NCBI GenBank assembly: GCA_051294375.1
Contig: CM119270.1
Coordinates: forward strand, 3,960,301 to 4,024,300
From: Paraspadella gotoi
Lineage: Eukaryota; Animalia; Chaetognatha
DNA length: 64,000 bases
Direction: 5' to 3'
Part shown: positions 12,874-27,283 of the stretch, piece by piece
Layout: each line of letters begins with the position of its first letter
How positions within the stretch are numbered: position 1 is the stretch's first letter
Translations under genes and position numbers: made by a program
The notes under the pieces: model-generated
Told to the model about the DNA's origin: nothing
The model's input: only the letters and a program-made list of their open reading frames with translations
The model's database searches: none

Positions 12874-14327
12874 CCTTGCTTCTCTTTCCAGTTCAAGTAA
12901 CTTCCTTCCTTTTAGGCAAAACATAGTCACTTCCTAATCTCGCAAGCAACGAAGTCCTAATTATTTTCCGACTGAATCTTTTGCCCCCCTTAAAAAAAAT
13001 CCCGAACCAGTGGCCCCCGCCCTTAAAAAGCCTGAAAAATTTAACCTTTGGAAATATTGAATCGCACTGTGAGTTACAAAATTTTAAGCCCGTTCTTTAA
13101 TTATTTAATTATCCCTAATTTATTTATCTATTTATTTTTTTTTATTTCTTTTATTTAAATTTATTCTTTTATTTTCCTTCATTTTTTTATTTAATTATTC
13201 TTTTATTGGATTTATATTATTTTTTGTTTTCTCAGTTTCATTATATATAAAAAATAAAACCCGGTTAAAAAGGTAATCACATTGTATACCGAGAAATTCG
13301 TTAAAATTAAAATGATATGATGATCGAGAGATTTCTTGACTCAACTTTGATTTTTTGGTGATAAAAGAGAGAATTTTATCGAATTAGAAGTGAGAAGGAG
13401 AGGAGAGAGATGAGACGAGAGAGAGAAGGAGAGACAGAGAATGATGAGAGAGAGAGAAGAGAGAGAGAGAGAGATCGGAATCGGGATCTGGAGTCAAACA
13501 AAAAACAACAAGAAATGAAAACAAATCGAAATGAAATAAAAATAAAATTAAAAAAATAACATTAAATAAATAAAAAAAAGCTAAAAATTCTTAATGACTG
13601 AAGAAGTATGAATTCAGTAATTCATGTACTCATTATTCAAAGTATTTTAAAATTTTATATAAAATCTTAATGAATTTACCCATTTTCGATTATTTTAGTC
13701 CAAAAATTTTGAGCCTCAAATCGACCACGAAAAAAAAAAAAAAAATTTTCTAAATTTGGAAAAAGAGATCGTGGCTGAAGAGACTCGGACTGGAAACAGA
13801 AAGCCCCTTCCACTTCCCCTATTCCTTCCACAAACCCCTTCCATATCCCGTTCCTAGCTCTAACTCGCAAACCTACAACGAGCGGCTCAACCGCACTCCT
13901 CCCCCCCATGCCTCCCCCAAGCTAATTAAAAGATCCTTTGATGTTTCTTTATTTTCTTGCCTCCTCTTTTCCCGTTTATTGTTTTAAAGGGAACGAACCC
14001 ACACCGGGGGGAAAAAAAAGACAACACATGAGAGAAGAAGATAATGAAATGAAGGAAAGAGAGACGAGGGAGAGAGAAATGAGGAATGTACGGAGAGAAA
14101 GAGAGACAAGAACCAAGGTCGCCCAGGTGCGGATTCGTGCGGGGCCATCGGAGGTTCGGTTGTTCTTTTCTTGCAGTCCTTGCCGCGCTCGATGCGTTCT
14201 GGCTGCCCAGAAGGCCATTGATGGCGCGAGAGGCGATGAAACCTGTTGATGACGTGCCAACGTGGACAAGGGGGAGGGAAGAGGGGGAGAATGAAGAGAG
14301 AGAGAGAGATGAGAAGAGAGCATGGAC

Positions 14328-14359
<32 letters not shown>

Positions 14360-15642
14360 TTGTCGCCAAGGGATTGCCGGCTTTGTCAATGGCGTAGCAT
14401 GATGAAACCTGAAACCTATTGTTTGTTCTGATTAGATTCTCGGCGCTAGAATCGAGAGGGGGGGAGCAGGGAAAAGGGAGGGAAAGGGAGGAAGCGGAGG
14501 AAAGGGAGGAAAAGGAGAGAGGAAATGAAAAGGAAAGAAGGAAAGGGAGACTTCTCTCTATTAGAAAAAGAAGGAAAGCAAGAAAGACCAGTGAATGAGA
14601 GATGAATGAGCGAAAAAAAGGAAAAAAAAGGGAAAAAAAACTATTGAAAATGAGGGAAAGTGTTAAAAGAGGAGTAGAAAGGCGGTACCCAAAGCAGTTT
14701 TACCCGGGTCGAGAAAAAGGAAAGAAGAATGAGAGAGAGAAGAGAAAGAGAGAGAGAGAGAGAAGAGAAGATGACGAGAGGAGAGAGAGAGAGAAAGTAG
14801 AGAATTATAGAAAGAACGTCTCCCCAGAGAGCGAGAGCCACGCAAAAAAGTTAACCGACGCCCCGTTTTCTCCAGGAAGTCAAAAGGGCAGGATGCGGGT
14901 AAAGGAGGGCCGAGGGGCAGAGGGCAGAGGGGCGATAGTGCGGAGAAAAAAGGCAAAGGGGCTGCCGGGCAGGGGGGGGAAGAGCGGAGTAACAGACGCC
15001 AGGGTTTGGGCGATCAATGAAGAGGGAAGGAAAAGTGGGCAGAGAATGAATGAGGAGGGCGGATGAGGTGCGGATCGTCGAGGCGGAAGAGAAAGACCGT
15101 CAAGGGTTGGGAAAGTGATGGAAGTGTGCAAAGTGGCAGAGGTTGGCCAGTGCTGAAGGCCGAAGGTGATAGAGTGCAAGTGGCAAAGTAAAGAGTTGAG
15201 CAGAGGTGACAAGTGGCAAAAGGTGAAAGTGCATAGGGTGGCGGTTGGTAAAGGTGAAGGATGGCAAAGAGGGCGGTGGCAAAGTAAAAAGGCAAGGCTG
15301 AAAACAACCATTGCGCCCAAGCGGTCTCCGTGTTTGCCCGCGTCGACCGAGCATCATTTCATTCTTATCACCCATTTTCAGTCGTCAAGTCGTACCGTCG
15401 TCGACGGTGTCGTGGTTGTCATCGTCGTCGTCGTGGTTGTCATCGTCGTCGTCGTCGATCAGTATTTCTTCATGATTCATACAATTTTGTTATTGGTTTA
15501 ACTCATTTTGTCTTAGCGATTGTTTATCTACGTTCATTAAATTTATCGTTAAAATCGCATTTTTAGTCATCGTCGTCTCGTCGTCGTCGTCGTCAATCGT
15601 CTTCTTTTCGTCGTCATCGGTTTGTCGTCATCGTTCGTCGTC

Positions 15643-15674
<32 letters not shown>

Positions 15675-16975
15675 CAGTCGTCGTCCGTCGTCGTCGTCGT
15701 CGTCGTCGTCGTCATCGTCATCGTCGTCGTCGTCGTCATCGTCCTCGTCTATCGTCTTATCGTCGTCATCACGTCGTCGTTGTCATCGTCCTAATCGTCC
15801 GTCGTCGTCACGTTCTTATCGTCGTCATCCTCGTCTTCGTCGTCATCATCGTCATTCTCCTCCCTTCGAATCGTCCTCATTTGGATCTTCCAAGAAATTT
15901 AAGAATGAATTTTTGAAGCAAAAGAGAAAAATCGAAGCCAGAAAAGATTTTTTCCCGCCCAAACGAGGGGAATCTCTTTCCTTTGGAGGTCAAATCTAAA
16001 CGATTTGGGGTCAGAGAGGAAATGGGTGAGCGCCAGGCGCCTTGTTGACAGTTTAGTTTAGTTTCGTTTCGGATGTTTTTTTGTTTTGTGTTTCGAGGTT
16101 GTCGGGGCAATTGTTTAAATGAAGATTTTTTTTAATATATGGAAAGTTGTCTTTTATGAAGTATTTTATTAATGTGAGAATTCGGCGAATCGAGAAATCT
16201 TAAAATATTATTTCTTGTAGTATGTATATGAAATGTATATAAAACGTTTAATAAATGGAAATCTTCTTTTTGCCTCTTTTATGTGGCGTCAATGAAAAAA
16301 GTTTTCCAAACATTTGCCCGAAACCCAAACTTTAAACCTAAAGAATCCAAGACCCAGTACAAAAAAAAAAAAAAAAAAAAAAAAAAAGGAAAAAAAAAAA
16401 TCAAGATCCAACTTTCAGACTTGTGCTCAAGGACCCCAAAAACTCATGGACTCAAGACCCCAGGTCTCGAGAACAGAGTAGTCTGAGGTCACCGTCGACG
16501 ATTAGCGTGAAACGACTTCCGTCGACGACGATTTCTCGATTCACGTGAGAATAACTTTGCTTAAGATGATTCCTGGTCGAGCGACCGCTGAGAGTTCGTC
16601 AGGAGGTAGGGTAAGGTAAGTTTTAAATTAAGATAGAAAACCAGGTCAAGAATTTTTTTTGAGGGTAAGCGATTCTAGTCTCGCGCTTGACGAAAACTCG
16701 AGAGCCCGTTGAGCGTGAGTGTGAGTCATTAAAAGTCACATCGGTGGGAGGGCGAAGGGGGAGTAGGGGAAACGTGTTTTGGTGAAAAGTAATTCAACGA
16801 CCGAGTTTTCGTTCACAATAAAAGGGGCGGTGCAGGGGGGCGGTGAGGGAATGGTAAGTAGTTTGGATCAAAGTCAAGTTCCGCTTTCGGCGCCAAAGTG
16901 ATTAGTGACTTTTTCTCCCCTGGTTTTTAGACCGAAACTGGATTTTTAGTTGCTCCTCGATACTCGCGGAGCAAA
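10235..16975 (+). repeat. Block C-D, copy 1
   Basis: Colinear with ~41440-49150. Its last ~640 bp also match 57520-58150. Confidence 0.92.
15110..15295. repeat. Degenerate AAGTGGCA-based short repeat
   Basis: Recurrent GTGGCA(A/G) every ~10-30 bp. Second copy at 47142-47420. Confidence 0.7.
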
Positions 16976-16989
16976 ACTATCTCTCTCTA

Positions 16990-17400
16990 TAAAAAAACGA
17001 AAAAACAAACAAGCAAAAATGATAAAAAAAATAACAACTAGTATTTACATTAGGTTAGCCAAAATAAGGTTGGGTATGAACAGGTCATTCTTATTGACCA
17101 CTACTGTACTACTCTCGAGTAAATTGACTCATCTTAAGAGCCTTTCCCGATACAATCGTCAATATTGCACAAGGCTAAGTTTAATATTTAATATTATAAA
17201 AACTGTGCGTATCTTTTTTTCTAAAAATGTTGTAAAAAACGGAAAGGAAAAGAAGAGAAAATCGCTAAGGGTCGAGACAGAAGTAGAAGAGGAATTAGAA
17301 GAAAGGAGGAAAATTAGATAAGAAGATTAGAAGATTAGAAAGGGAGAAAAGAGGAGGATTACTAAAAGTAAAAATAAAGAAAAGAGAAGAAAAAGAAGCC
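16990..17400 (+). repeat. Chimeric short duplications: 16990-17110 matches 645-763; 17111-17400 matches 19861-20170
   Basis: Shared anchors GAACAGGTCATTCTTATTGACCACT and CTTTCCCGATACAATCG. Confidence 0.85.
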
Positions 17401-17697
17401 NNNNNNNNNNNNNNNNNNNNNNNNNNNNNNNNNNNNNNNNNNNNNNNNNNNNNNNNNNNNNNNNNNNNNNNNNNNNNNNNNNNNNNNNNNNNNNNNNNNN
17501 NNNNNNNNNNNNNNNNNNNNNNNNNNNNNNNNNNNNNNNNNNNNNNNNNNNNNNNNNNNNNNNNNNNNNNNNNNNNNNNNNNNNNNNNNNNNNNNNNNNN
17601 NNNNNNNNNNNNAAAGAAAAGAAAGAAAAGAAAAAAGAAAAAAAAAAGACAAGAAAGAAAAGAAAAGAAAGAAGGAAAGGAGAGAAAGGAAAGATTA

Positions 17698-17722
17698 NNN
17701 NNNNNNNNNNNNNNNNNNNNNN
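17698..17722. other. Assembly gap of exactly 25 N (one of six)
   Basis: Others at 25312-25336, 36335-36359, 37205-37229, 45933-45957 and 50544-50568. Longer gaps at 17401-17612, 22942-23052, 24768-25016 and 36758-36989. Confidence 0.98.
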
Positions 17723-19792
17723 CAGCGACTTTTGAATAAACGACGTCTAAGACGACGACGATGAAGACGACGTCGAAGATGATGACGACGACGATGACGA
17801 GAAGAGACAACGATGAAGACGACGATTATGACGACGTCGAAGATGAAGAAGGATGACGAAACTAAGACGAGGATGATGACGATGACGACGACAAAGATGA
17901 TGACGAAGATGAGACGACGATGATGATGACCACGACGACGACGATGATGATGACGACGAGATGAATAGAAGAGGATGAGGAAGAGGAATATGACAACGAG
18001 ACGAAGATGAAGATTACGACGACGACAACGATGATGACGAGGAAGACGAGATGACGACGACAAGTAAGACGAGGCGGCACAACAACAACAAACAACAACA
18101 ATCTTGAGTCAGCGAAATTCGATTAAAGGAAGAAAAAACAAGAATTTAATCACCAAAATAGAAAAACGAAGAAGCAACGATGAATTCATTGAGACGTCGA
18201 CCCCAATGAAAAAAAAACAACAATAAACAACAACAATTAAAACAACGACAACAAAAATAACAACAATGAATAAAACAACAACATACCAAACGTTTTTAGA
18301 TTCAACGCAATTCTGAGGGAAAAAAAAAGCCTAAAAACTTTGTTATCATATCTAAATAAATCGTCTACGACGACGACAAAAACGACGACGACCGCCTGCG
18401 ACATCTATTCGCCGCTAATCTCGTCTGAAGGAAAAGAAACAACAAAATAACAAAAATAAAAACAAACAAACAAAATGAATTTGGGAGATTAAGTGACCAG
18501 ACGTGCGCAGTGATCGTCAATTTCGACTGCAGCAATCGAAACTAGCATTTTGAGAATTGCAAACAAGAATGACAGATCGCAATCTTGGCTTCAGCAAGTC
18601 TAAAAATTGCAGCAAAACTTACGCAACCGAGTTATCCAGTACGAGGCGCAATCAATATTTTTTTTTTCCGCTTCTATACTCGTTCCTTATCGCCTCGTTT
18701 CTTATTCTGAAGAGTTTTCTCCCCAGTTTCACCCAAATTCACAGACCCGACCCTTCCTCATATATCTCTCACCACCCCCTTCATCACAAAAGCAAGACAG
18801 AGGAATGAGGGCTTGACTTATGGTTCAGTCTGTGACTCGTGAGACTGGATCATCTCGTTCACTCCATTCGTCCTGTGACACTGATTCCTACTTTCTCACT
18901 GATCGTCACAATCAACGAATTCACACTATAATTACTCCCGAATTCATTGCCTTCACCTTTTTTCTTTTTTTCTCAATCACCCTCCAATTTATTTCCTTTC
19001 CGTCCTTCCCTCCTACTCCTCCTCCTCCTCCTCCTCCTCCTCCTCCTCTTCTCTCTCTTCTCTTACTGTCGAACATTATCTTCTGCTTCTCTTTCGCTCT
19101 TTCACCTCTTTAACTCTTCACTTATCACTCCCTTTCACCCTTTCATCCCTTTACCTCCACTTTTCCAACCCTAGTTATTTCACTCGCCCATACTTTTCAC
19201 TACTTCCTCCTCTAACTGCTTCCTTTGCTCCCTTCTTCCTCCCTTCCTCCCATCCGGAGTCAACCTCTTGGCCTCGATCACAGGTCACCAAAGGGAAAGC
19301 AAAGGATAAAAAAGAGCAACAAGAGAGAAGAGAGGAGAAGAGAGAGGAAGGACGAGAGAGAGAGAGAGAGAGGAGGAGAGGAGGGGAAGAAGTATGACGG
19401 AAGAGACGAGAGAGCGGAGAGACGATAGAGAGACCGCGAGAGACCGAGAGAGAGAGAGAGATAACACAAGCGAAGAAACTCTCTGCGAACAAAAGGACTT
19501 CGTCAGCGGATTTTCTCGTTTTGACTTTCGGGTCGTTCCGACCCAGCGTGGGAGGAGGAGGGGTTTGAGGGCGGTGTAGAGTATTAGAGGCGGTAGGGGT
19601 GAGGTCGAAGGCAAAGAGATTCCATCTTCAATGAAAGTACCATCCGTTGCGGTTCACTGATTGGCGTCGTTGCCACTCTTTTAAGGGGTCCTTACCAGTC
19701 TTTTTCGCCCGCGTTTTTCATAGATGTCGTCAATGTCGCCAGGTTTTTCATTCTCTCCTCTCGCTCTCTCTCTTCTCTCTCTCCTCCTCTCT

Positions 19793-19866
<74 letters not shown>

Positions 19867-20214
19867 AGTAAATTGATCTTTCTCATCTTTAAGAGGCTTT
19901 CCCGATACAATCGTTCAAATATTCCACCAGGCTAAGTATATTTATATTATAAAAAACTGTTGCGTATCTTTTTTTTCTTAAAAATGTGTTAAAAAAACCG
20001 GAAGGAAAAAAGAAGCAGAAATCCTGCTAGAGGGTCGATGACAATAGTAGAAGAGGAATTAGAAGAAAGGAGGGAAAATTAGATAAGAAGATAGAAGATT
20101 AGAAAGGGAGAAAAGAGGAGGATTACTAAAAGTAAAATAAAGGAAAAGAGGATTAGAAAAACGAAGCCAAAGTTTAAGCAATGGAAAGTAGCAAGCACTA
20201 TAAGCATAATGGAG

Positions 20215-23200
20215 TGAGGAAAAGTAGTTGGGCGAGAGAGGAGGAAAATGATAGAAAAGAGAAAAAAAACAAAGACAAGAAGAAAAGACAAGAAAGAAAA
20301 GAAAAAAGGAAAAAATAAAAAGACCAAGACAAGAAAGAAAAAAAAGAAGGAAAGGAGAGAAAGCGAAAAGATTAAAAAAACAAAGGAGAAGGTCAGAAAA
20401 GAGAGAAAGAAGAGAACAAGAATAGAATAATAAAGAAGGAAAGGACGATGGAAAGGGAAAGATTAAAAAAAAAAACAAAGGAGAAGGTCAAGGAAAAGGA
20501 GAAAAGAAAGAGAAGCAGAAACAAAAAAAAGAAAAGAAAGGAAGGAAAGGAGAGAAAGGAAAGATTTTAAAAAAGAAAGGGAGGAAAGGTCAGAAAAGGA
20601 GAAAAAGGAAAAAGTGTTTTGGATTTGGAATTTTTGTTGCGATGAGAGAAAAGCGTTCTTCCTTTTTGGCCTTTTTGGCTTCGGGACGAAGATGATGACG
20701 ATGACACGCAGCTCAACGGACACGAATTAAAGACGACGACGACGACGATGACGACGATCGACGACGACGGACGACGCTGACGACGACGATGATTGATCAA
20801 TGACGACGACGACGAAGATTGATTGATTATGAAAACAAAAAGACGACAATGACGACGATGATGATGTAAACAAAGTAAAAAAGGACGACGTACAAAGATG
20901 ATGAATGACAAACGACGGACGACTAAAGACGACGACAAAGATGATGATTGATGACGACGATGATGAGTTAAACAAAGTTGACAAAGTCCACGACGACGTT
21001 GCATGATTGATGATGTAAACAAAGAACGACAAAGTGACGACAAAGACGGCGAGCGACGTATGCATGATGATGAAAGTAAACAAGTCGAACAAAGGACAAC
21101 GTCGAAGATGCTGCATGACGACGATGACGACGATAATGATGACGATGGCGGCGGTGGCGGCGCTGGCGGCCATGGTGAATTGGAAGACGAGTGAATCCGG
21201 AAGAGAAGGACGTTGATCTTTTCTTCGAGGCGACGCGCAATCGTTAGACTTCATAGCTTCGACTACTTGAGTACAAATTCTGCCCAGATTTAAATGGCAG
21301 GCAGCCCAATACTTGTAATATATACTATTTAATATGATCAATAAACAATAAACTAAGCTATATTAAATCTTTACACAAAATTATTGCTTGTACCAATTCA
21401 TAGCAAACGCAGCAAGCTTTTCAATTTTAGTTATCATATATTCAATTAAAACGAATAGTATTCTAAGTTCTAACTTCTAAGCTTCAATAATATTTGATTT
21501 CGGGGCTTCGCTTAAAGTTCACCTCGTTCCTTTACAGTCATGATAGTTTCAATTGATAAAAAGCAACCAACTACTGAAATATTTCGTGTTAATATATTAA
21601 TATATAAAATCATATATGTCTTATTATATGTCTTATTTATTGATTGAGTAAATTATTTTATATTGGTTGTACAATTTACAATAACATCAAAATACTTTTA
21701 TAAAATCGATACAATCGTAATCGTTTTGTTCACAACTAAAACTTCGCCTTATTCTCCTTTTACCGTTTCATCCGTTCCCCCCTGTACCTCCATCTCTTTC
21801 GATGCCCGTCTCGCTTTTTAGCGCCTCCTGTAGCTTCGGCCGCGAAAAAGACGTCGACCGCCTCATTGCCTTTCGGGAGGCGTAACGCGTTTCCCTTCGG
21901 CGCTCGGAAAACGGTCCCGCGCATGCGCGGTGCGGAACGTTGAGTCGTTGTCGTCGTCGTCGTTGTTGTAGCCTTTGCCCGGGGTTGCCTGGCGACGATA
22001 TTTTGATGGATGAGGCAATTATCGACGCTGGCACTCTGTTTACGCGAGAGACACAGCAGAGAGAGAGAGGGAGAGAGAGAGAGAGAGAGAGAAGAGAGAT
22101 GAGAGAGAGAGAGAGAGAGAGAGTAATAAATATATCGTTGTCGTCGTTGTTGTTGTTGTCAATGACGTCAGTACGTTGGACAAGTTTTCTTTATTTAGGT
22201 GTGTATAAAGGTTTTATTAAGGGGAGCGTACAATCTTTAACTATGTATGACGCAGCGCAAACGTCTGTTTCCCTCAAAACAACAAGAGAAACAACTACAA
22301 AACCAATAAAGAAAACAATAACAACAAAGTTCATAACCCAAAGGGGAAAACGTTATCAAAATCTCCCACTCAATTTACGATTTATTCCCCCAACGAAATC
22401 GATGTTGATAAATTAAAAAAAAACCCCGAAAATATTTTAAATTAAACATTCCCGCTGCCGGACTCCCGCGGTCATAACCCAACCCATAATCCTTGGCAGA
22501 CAACACCGTCTTCTCTCTTCCTTCGCGGTTAAAACACTCCCGCTAATCACCCGCAAACAAAGATAGAATAAAAAAAAAGGAAGAAATTCTTACTTCTCCG
22601 GCCTCAGGCCTCCGAAAAAAAAAAGAAAGAAAAATATAATCAGGAAAAGAAAAAATCTTCACCTTCGCGCGCAGCTCATCAATCGTGGAAAGTTTTCGCG
22701 GAGATGGAATTGGGACGCCTTAGACTCGTTCCCCACTTCTCTCCGTAACATTCCTGACTAATCCCCATTTCTATCCAACCAATCCCCACCGATCCCCACT
22801 TTTCACTAAATATTCCCCACCAATCTCCACTTCTCTCCAATTCTTCTCCAGCGATCTCCATTTTTTCCCTAACATTCCCCATCAATCCCCACTGCTCATT
22901 AATCTTTCCTCACTGATCCCCACTTTACTCCAATAATTCCCNNNNNNNNNNNNNNNNNNNNNNNNNNNNNNNNNNNNNNNNNNNNNNNNNNNNNNNNNNN
23001 NNNNNNNNNNNNNNNNNNNNNNNNNNNNNNNNNNNNNNNNNNNNNNNNNNNNCCCCCACCATCCCCACCTCGAATCAGATCATACTCAGCAATCCCCCCT
23101 TCTCAATAGTTTCTCCACCAATCCCCACTGTATCCCCACCTCTTTTCCAATATTCACACCAATCCCACTTCTCCACTATCATTTCCTTCCCCACCTTTCT

Positions 23201-25311
23201 GCCCACTTTGCACGGACCTCATTTTTTCCCCGGCGCGCAGCGCTATCGATTCAAGCGCGGTTTTCGCGGATTATGAGAGAGATGACAGAGAGAGAGAGAA
23301 GAGGAAGAGAGAGAGAGGAGAGAGAGAGAGAGCAGAGAGAGAGAAGAGAGGAAGAGAGAGAGAGTGAGGGAGAGGGAGGAGTGAGAGAGTGAGAGAGACA
23401 GATGAGAGAGAGAGAGAGAGAGAGTAAGAGAGAGCGATATGAAAATGAAAATTTTATTCAAGAGTTTTTACTAGTTAATCGTTAGTTGCAATTTCGAAAA
23501 CAAAAAAATTTTAAAAACAATTCGTCTCTTTAAAAATAAAATTAAGGAAAGAAGAACCTGATAGTGATAGTGATAGTGATAGTGATAAAGCTTCGATTTC
23601 GAAATTAAGTTTCGGGGCGGGATAAGAGAGAGATAATTAATCTTTAAAAATAGTTGTGAGAAAGAGAGTCAAATAAAGTAAAAAATAAACTTGAAAGTTA
23701 AAGGGATTTTATACTAAATAAAATTAGGAAAATTGATTAAATATCTTTGGTTGTTATTTTGTTTTAAATCAGATTCCTTTCCCTCTGGCGACGACGCCCG
23801 ATAAAAATCCGGAGTGAGGTGAAGGTCGAGTTGAGGTGAAAAGGGGTTAGATGAGGTGAGGACTCGTGAGGTCAGGGTTCAAATCCCAGGCACAACAAAA
23901 ATTTCTTCCCTTCCTATTTTCTTTCTCATGGCCTTACCTTTTTCCTTTTTATTTGCACCGCGAGTACTCGCGAAGCAACTCTATTAGTCACTTTTTTGTC
24001 GGTCTGTCGATCGGTCCGTCGGTGTGTCAGTCCTTCGGTCTGTCCCACTTACGTTAAAAATGCTCATAACTTTCATATAGTTGGTTGCTCATTTGTTAAG
24101 ACAGGAAAAAACCTCAAATCTAAGGGACTTCTAGCGTCACCTTCAGGAAATCCTAAAACTATAAAGAATAAAAGACAAAATTCTGATGCAGTGCGTGTCA
24201 TAAATACACCGGCTAAGATTGTTATTTTAGTCATGTCATGTCATGTCATGCCATGTCACGAGAAATGCACGTGATAAGGCAGTCAATGCGGCGCAACACA
24301 TTTGAATTTCCGTTCTTGTTTATTTCCTTTTTCCTTTTTTCTTATTTCCTTTTTTCCTTTTTTCATTCCTTTTTTCCTTTTTTTTCCCTTTTTTCCTTTT
24401 TTTATTTCCTTTCTTATTTCAGTTTCATCCTACGGAATTTTAAAATTAATTTTCTTTTTTTTTCTAATTAGTTTTGTGTTTCTGTTCTGATTTTCTGCGT
24501 TTAGCCAGGTTTTACATTTCTCTCTAGCTTAGTCTTAATTTTCATTTCATCATTTTTAAGACTTTATTTCTGAATTTTTTAAAATTTCGTTTTCTCTTCT
24601 CCTCTTTTCCCTTTACCCCGTATTTCTTTTTCACCCTCTCCCTTCTCTACCTTTTCCCCCTTTTCCTACCTCCCCCGTTTACCTTTTTCCCTTTCAGCTT
24701 TTACTAATTCCATTTCCTCCCTTTTTGCCCTTTTCCCTGTCTTCCGTTTCCATTTTCTCCCCTTTTCNNNNNNNNNNNNNNNNNNNNNNNNNNNNNNNNN
24801 NNNNNNNNNNNNNNNNNNNNNNNNNNNNNNNNNNNNNNNNNNNNNNNNNNNNNNNNNNNNNNNNNNNNNNNNNNNNNNNNNNNNNNNNNNNNNNNNNNNN
24901 NNNNNNNNNNNNNNNNNNNNNNNNNNNNNNNNNNNNNNNNNNNNNNNNNNNNNNNNNNNNNNNNNNNNNNNNNNNNNNNNNNNNNNNNNNNNNNNNNNNN
25001 NNNNNNNNNNNNNNNNCCCTTTTCCCTGTCTCCCTTTTCCATTTTCTTTCCATTTCCCTTTATCCCTTCTCCCTTTTCCTCCTTTCCTCTTCCATAGTGA
25101 ATCTCGGTTGACCCGAACTCATTTGACTCCACTTCGTCTTTGTTGTCGCCTAAAACGAGAATCGTCGTTAGCGAAGTTTGTCGAGAGCGAACTTCGTCAA
25201 TGGCGATATTCTTCGCGAGTAAAGTTCGTCGCATTTCGGAAGAAGAAATCCTCTTTGGCAAAGTTCGCCTCAAGTTGGCCTCAGGCACAAGCGGAATCTA
25301 AGTTGGCCTCA
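20215..25311 (+). repeat. Block A, copy 2
   Basis: Shares unique anchors with 1716-7170 (GAATCCGGAAGAGAAG, CCTTTCGGGAGGCGTAACGCG, GGTCAGGGTTCAAATCCC). Ends at a 25-N gap. Confidence 0.93.
23952..24320 (+). mobile_element. HINE-like element (block A copy 2)
   Basis: Same as 5395-5763, with an intact 3' GCGGCGCAACACATTTGAATTTCCGTTCTTGTT. Confidence 0.72.
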
Positions 25312-25809
25312 NNNNNNNNNNNNNNNNNNNNNNNNNCGACGTTATCACAATTCATAAACCGAGATTCATCACTCGCAAATGGACAAAACATGTCTCTCGA
25401 TGCAATAGACGTCCAATTGTCATCACTTGAATCCGCATTAGCAAGACGTTAGCAGCCTCAGCCTTGTGGCTATTCGCTTAAGATCATAATTTCTTCATAA
25501 TTTATCCGGACCATTCTTCCAGGACAATTCACATCGCGGATATCTAATAGAGCTCATTACCGTTAAAAGGATCTTCATAACGTCGAGCGCGAGCTTCGCT
25601 ACTCCATCAAGCATCAAGGTCAACATCAAAGATCTTCAATTGGAGAACTTCTCTCGAAACGATAAAAGCAACGGACAATCTTGGAATATTCAATCAAGGT
25701 TAGAGAAACTCCAAAATTCTAGTTTACCTGCTGGATTAAAAGCATTGAATACAGAAGAAATCCCACAAGTATTAAAAAAAAAGTTGAACAGACTCTAACT
25801 CCCTACATT

Positions 25810-26090
25810 CATATCATGTATGATTATTACACGAAAACTTTAATATTTGCAATACACCTTAACCTTAGTCCATAATGCGTACAGTGGACGAGAGGGCCAA
25901 ATTTACTCTCAATGGCAGAAGCATGCTATAAAACTCTTCACTAATCAACTTCGAGTACAAACCAGTATCAGCCCAAAACGCTAATTTCTCGTTACCCACT
26001 CTTGCAAGAATCGGCCTTCCACTTAGTTTCAAATTCATCATCCGGAACATTTCTACCTTGACCTCGCTTGCCCCCTCGGCAAGCCCATCA
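25810..26090 (-). pseudogene. Retropepsin-like aspartic protease (start of pol)
   Basis: ORF 25865..26050 RPILARVGNEKLAFWADTGLYSKLISEEFY resembles the retroviral protease hydrophobic-DTG..S.IS pattern and lies directly downstream of gag. Confidence 0.8.
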
Positions 26091-27283
26091 CTAGTTTTGA
26101 ATTAGTCAGATCTCGCCGGCTAAAAACTAGCACAAGCTGATCACGATCACCCTGTTTCCGATATAGAGCGAAAGACCCTCTATTCCACCTTCACTACGCC
26201 TTCTCCTCTCACTGTTGAGACTCGGTTAGCGTTTCATCTCTCCTCGAATCACGACGATAATTACCTCTATTCACGGAAAACTGCGACTATCACTGGAACG
26301 GTAAGACTGCCATGAGCGGACTATCACGCTAGAACGATAAGGACTGTCGTACGAACACCTCTAATCGTTTCTGGTCCGAGCTGCGGTCCCGACAGTAGGG
26401 ACTACCGCGTCTCTCACGACTTATCAACGGGACTATAGCGACGCTTGCGATGTAGCGATCGCGGATTCGCTGAAAGTCGCGGTTACGATCATCTCGACCA
26501 CGACTTAGCTGTTGCGATCACGGTCACGGGAACTGGAGCTGTTCCTGGAACAACAGGGCTAGGGACCAATTCACGGACGACGATCGCCACATAACCCTCT
26601 GTCACGCTCCACGCGTCCACCATTAATGTTTTCCATCTGAACAGCACTTGACCTAAACAGCGTCCTCCCAAGGATCTGTTAAGCGCTCATCTTTTCATCG
26701 CAGCGCCAGTGAATGCCATCGATTTTTAATCTTGATGTTTTTATTCATCATCTTCCACTTGCGTCATGTGGAACATCTGTGCAACTGGTTTTCGCCATGC
26801 TCTATCGTGCCGTTTCTTCCTCACCAACAACCAAGATCTATCGCATTGGCGGTAGGCTTCTCCCAAGCAGCACGGAAAGGTAAAGAAATATCGCGTCTTT
26901 TTGTTTCATCATTCGATATTTTGTCGTGTTTGTTTCAACAAAGCGTAACGACACGAGAAGCAAGGCATGGAAAGATTCATTGCACCATCCCATTTTATAA
27001 TCTTTCTTTCCAAAAAGTTGTACGGTCTTCGAGGATCAACAAACAAGCCAACTCAACTCTATTTTAGCTCAGGGTAATTTCCTTTAGGCTTTTGCTTGTA
27101 TATTTGTTGCTGGCGCATCCAATTTGAGCGGCAACCAGTTCATTAAAAACTGAGATCCGTTTTTCCTCTGTGGATGGGGTAGTTGCAAGAACAACAGCAT
27201 GTCTCAAACAGATTAATCCACTCTTCAAATCAGTCTTTTGAGAATGAAGTTTCTACTTCAATACTGAAAGCAGCACGAGCCAT
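26090..27283 (-). pseudogene. gag: Retrotransposon gag, frameshifted in this sequence
   Basis: Stitched across frames from the ATG at 27283: MARAAFSIEVE..DFEEWINLFE..VVLATT..NWLPLKLDAPA..IKWDG.ESFHALASRV..NAIDLG, then SSSSRDRDRN..SRGRDDRNRDFQR. W..FE / WLPL.L..A is a typical Gypsy gag N-terminal pattern. Confidence 0.75.
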
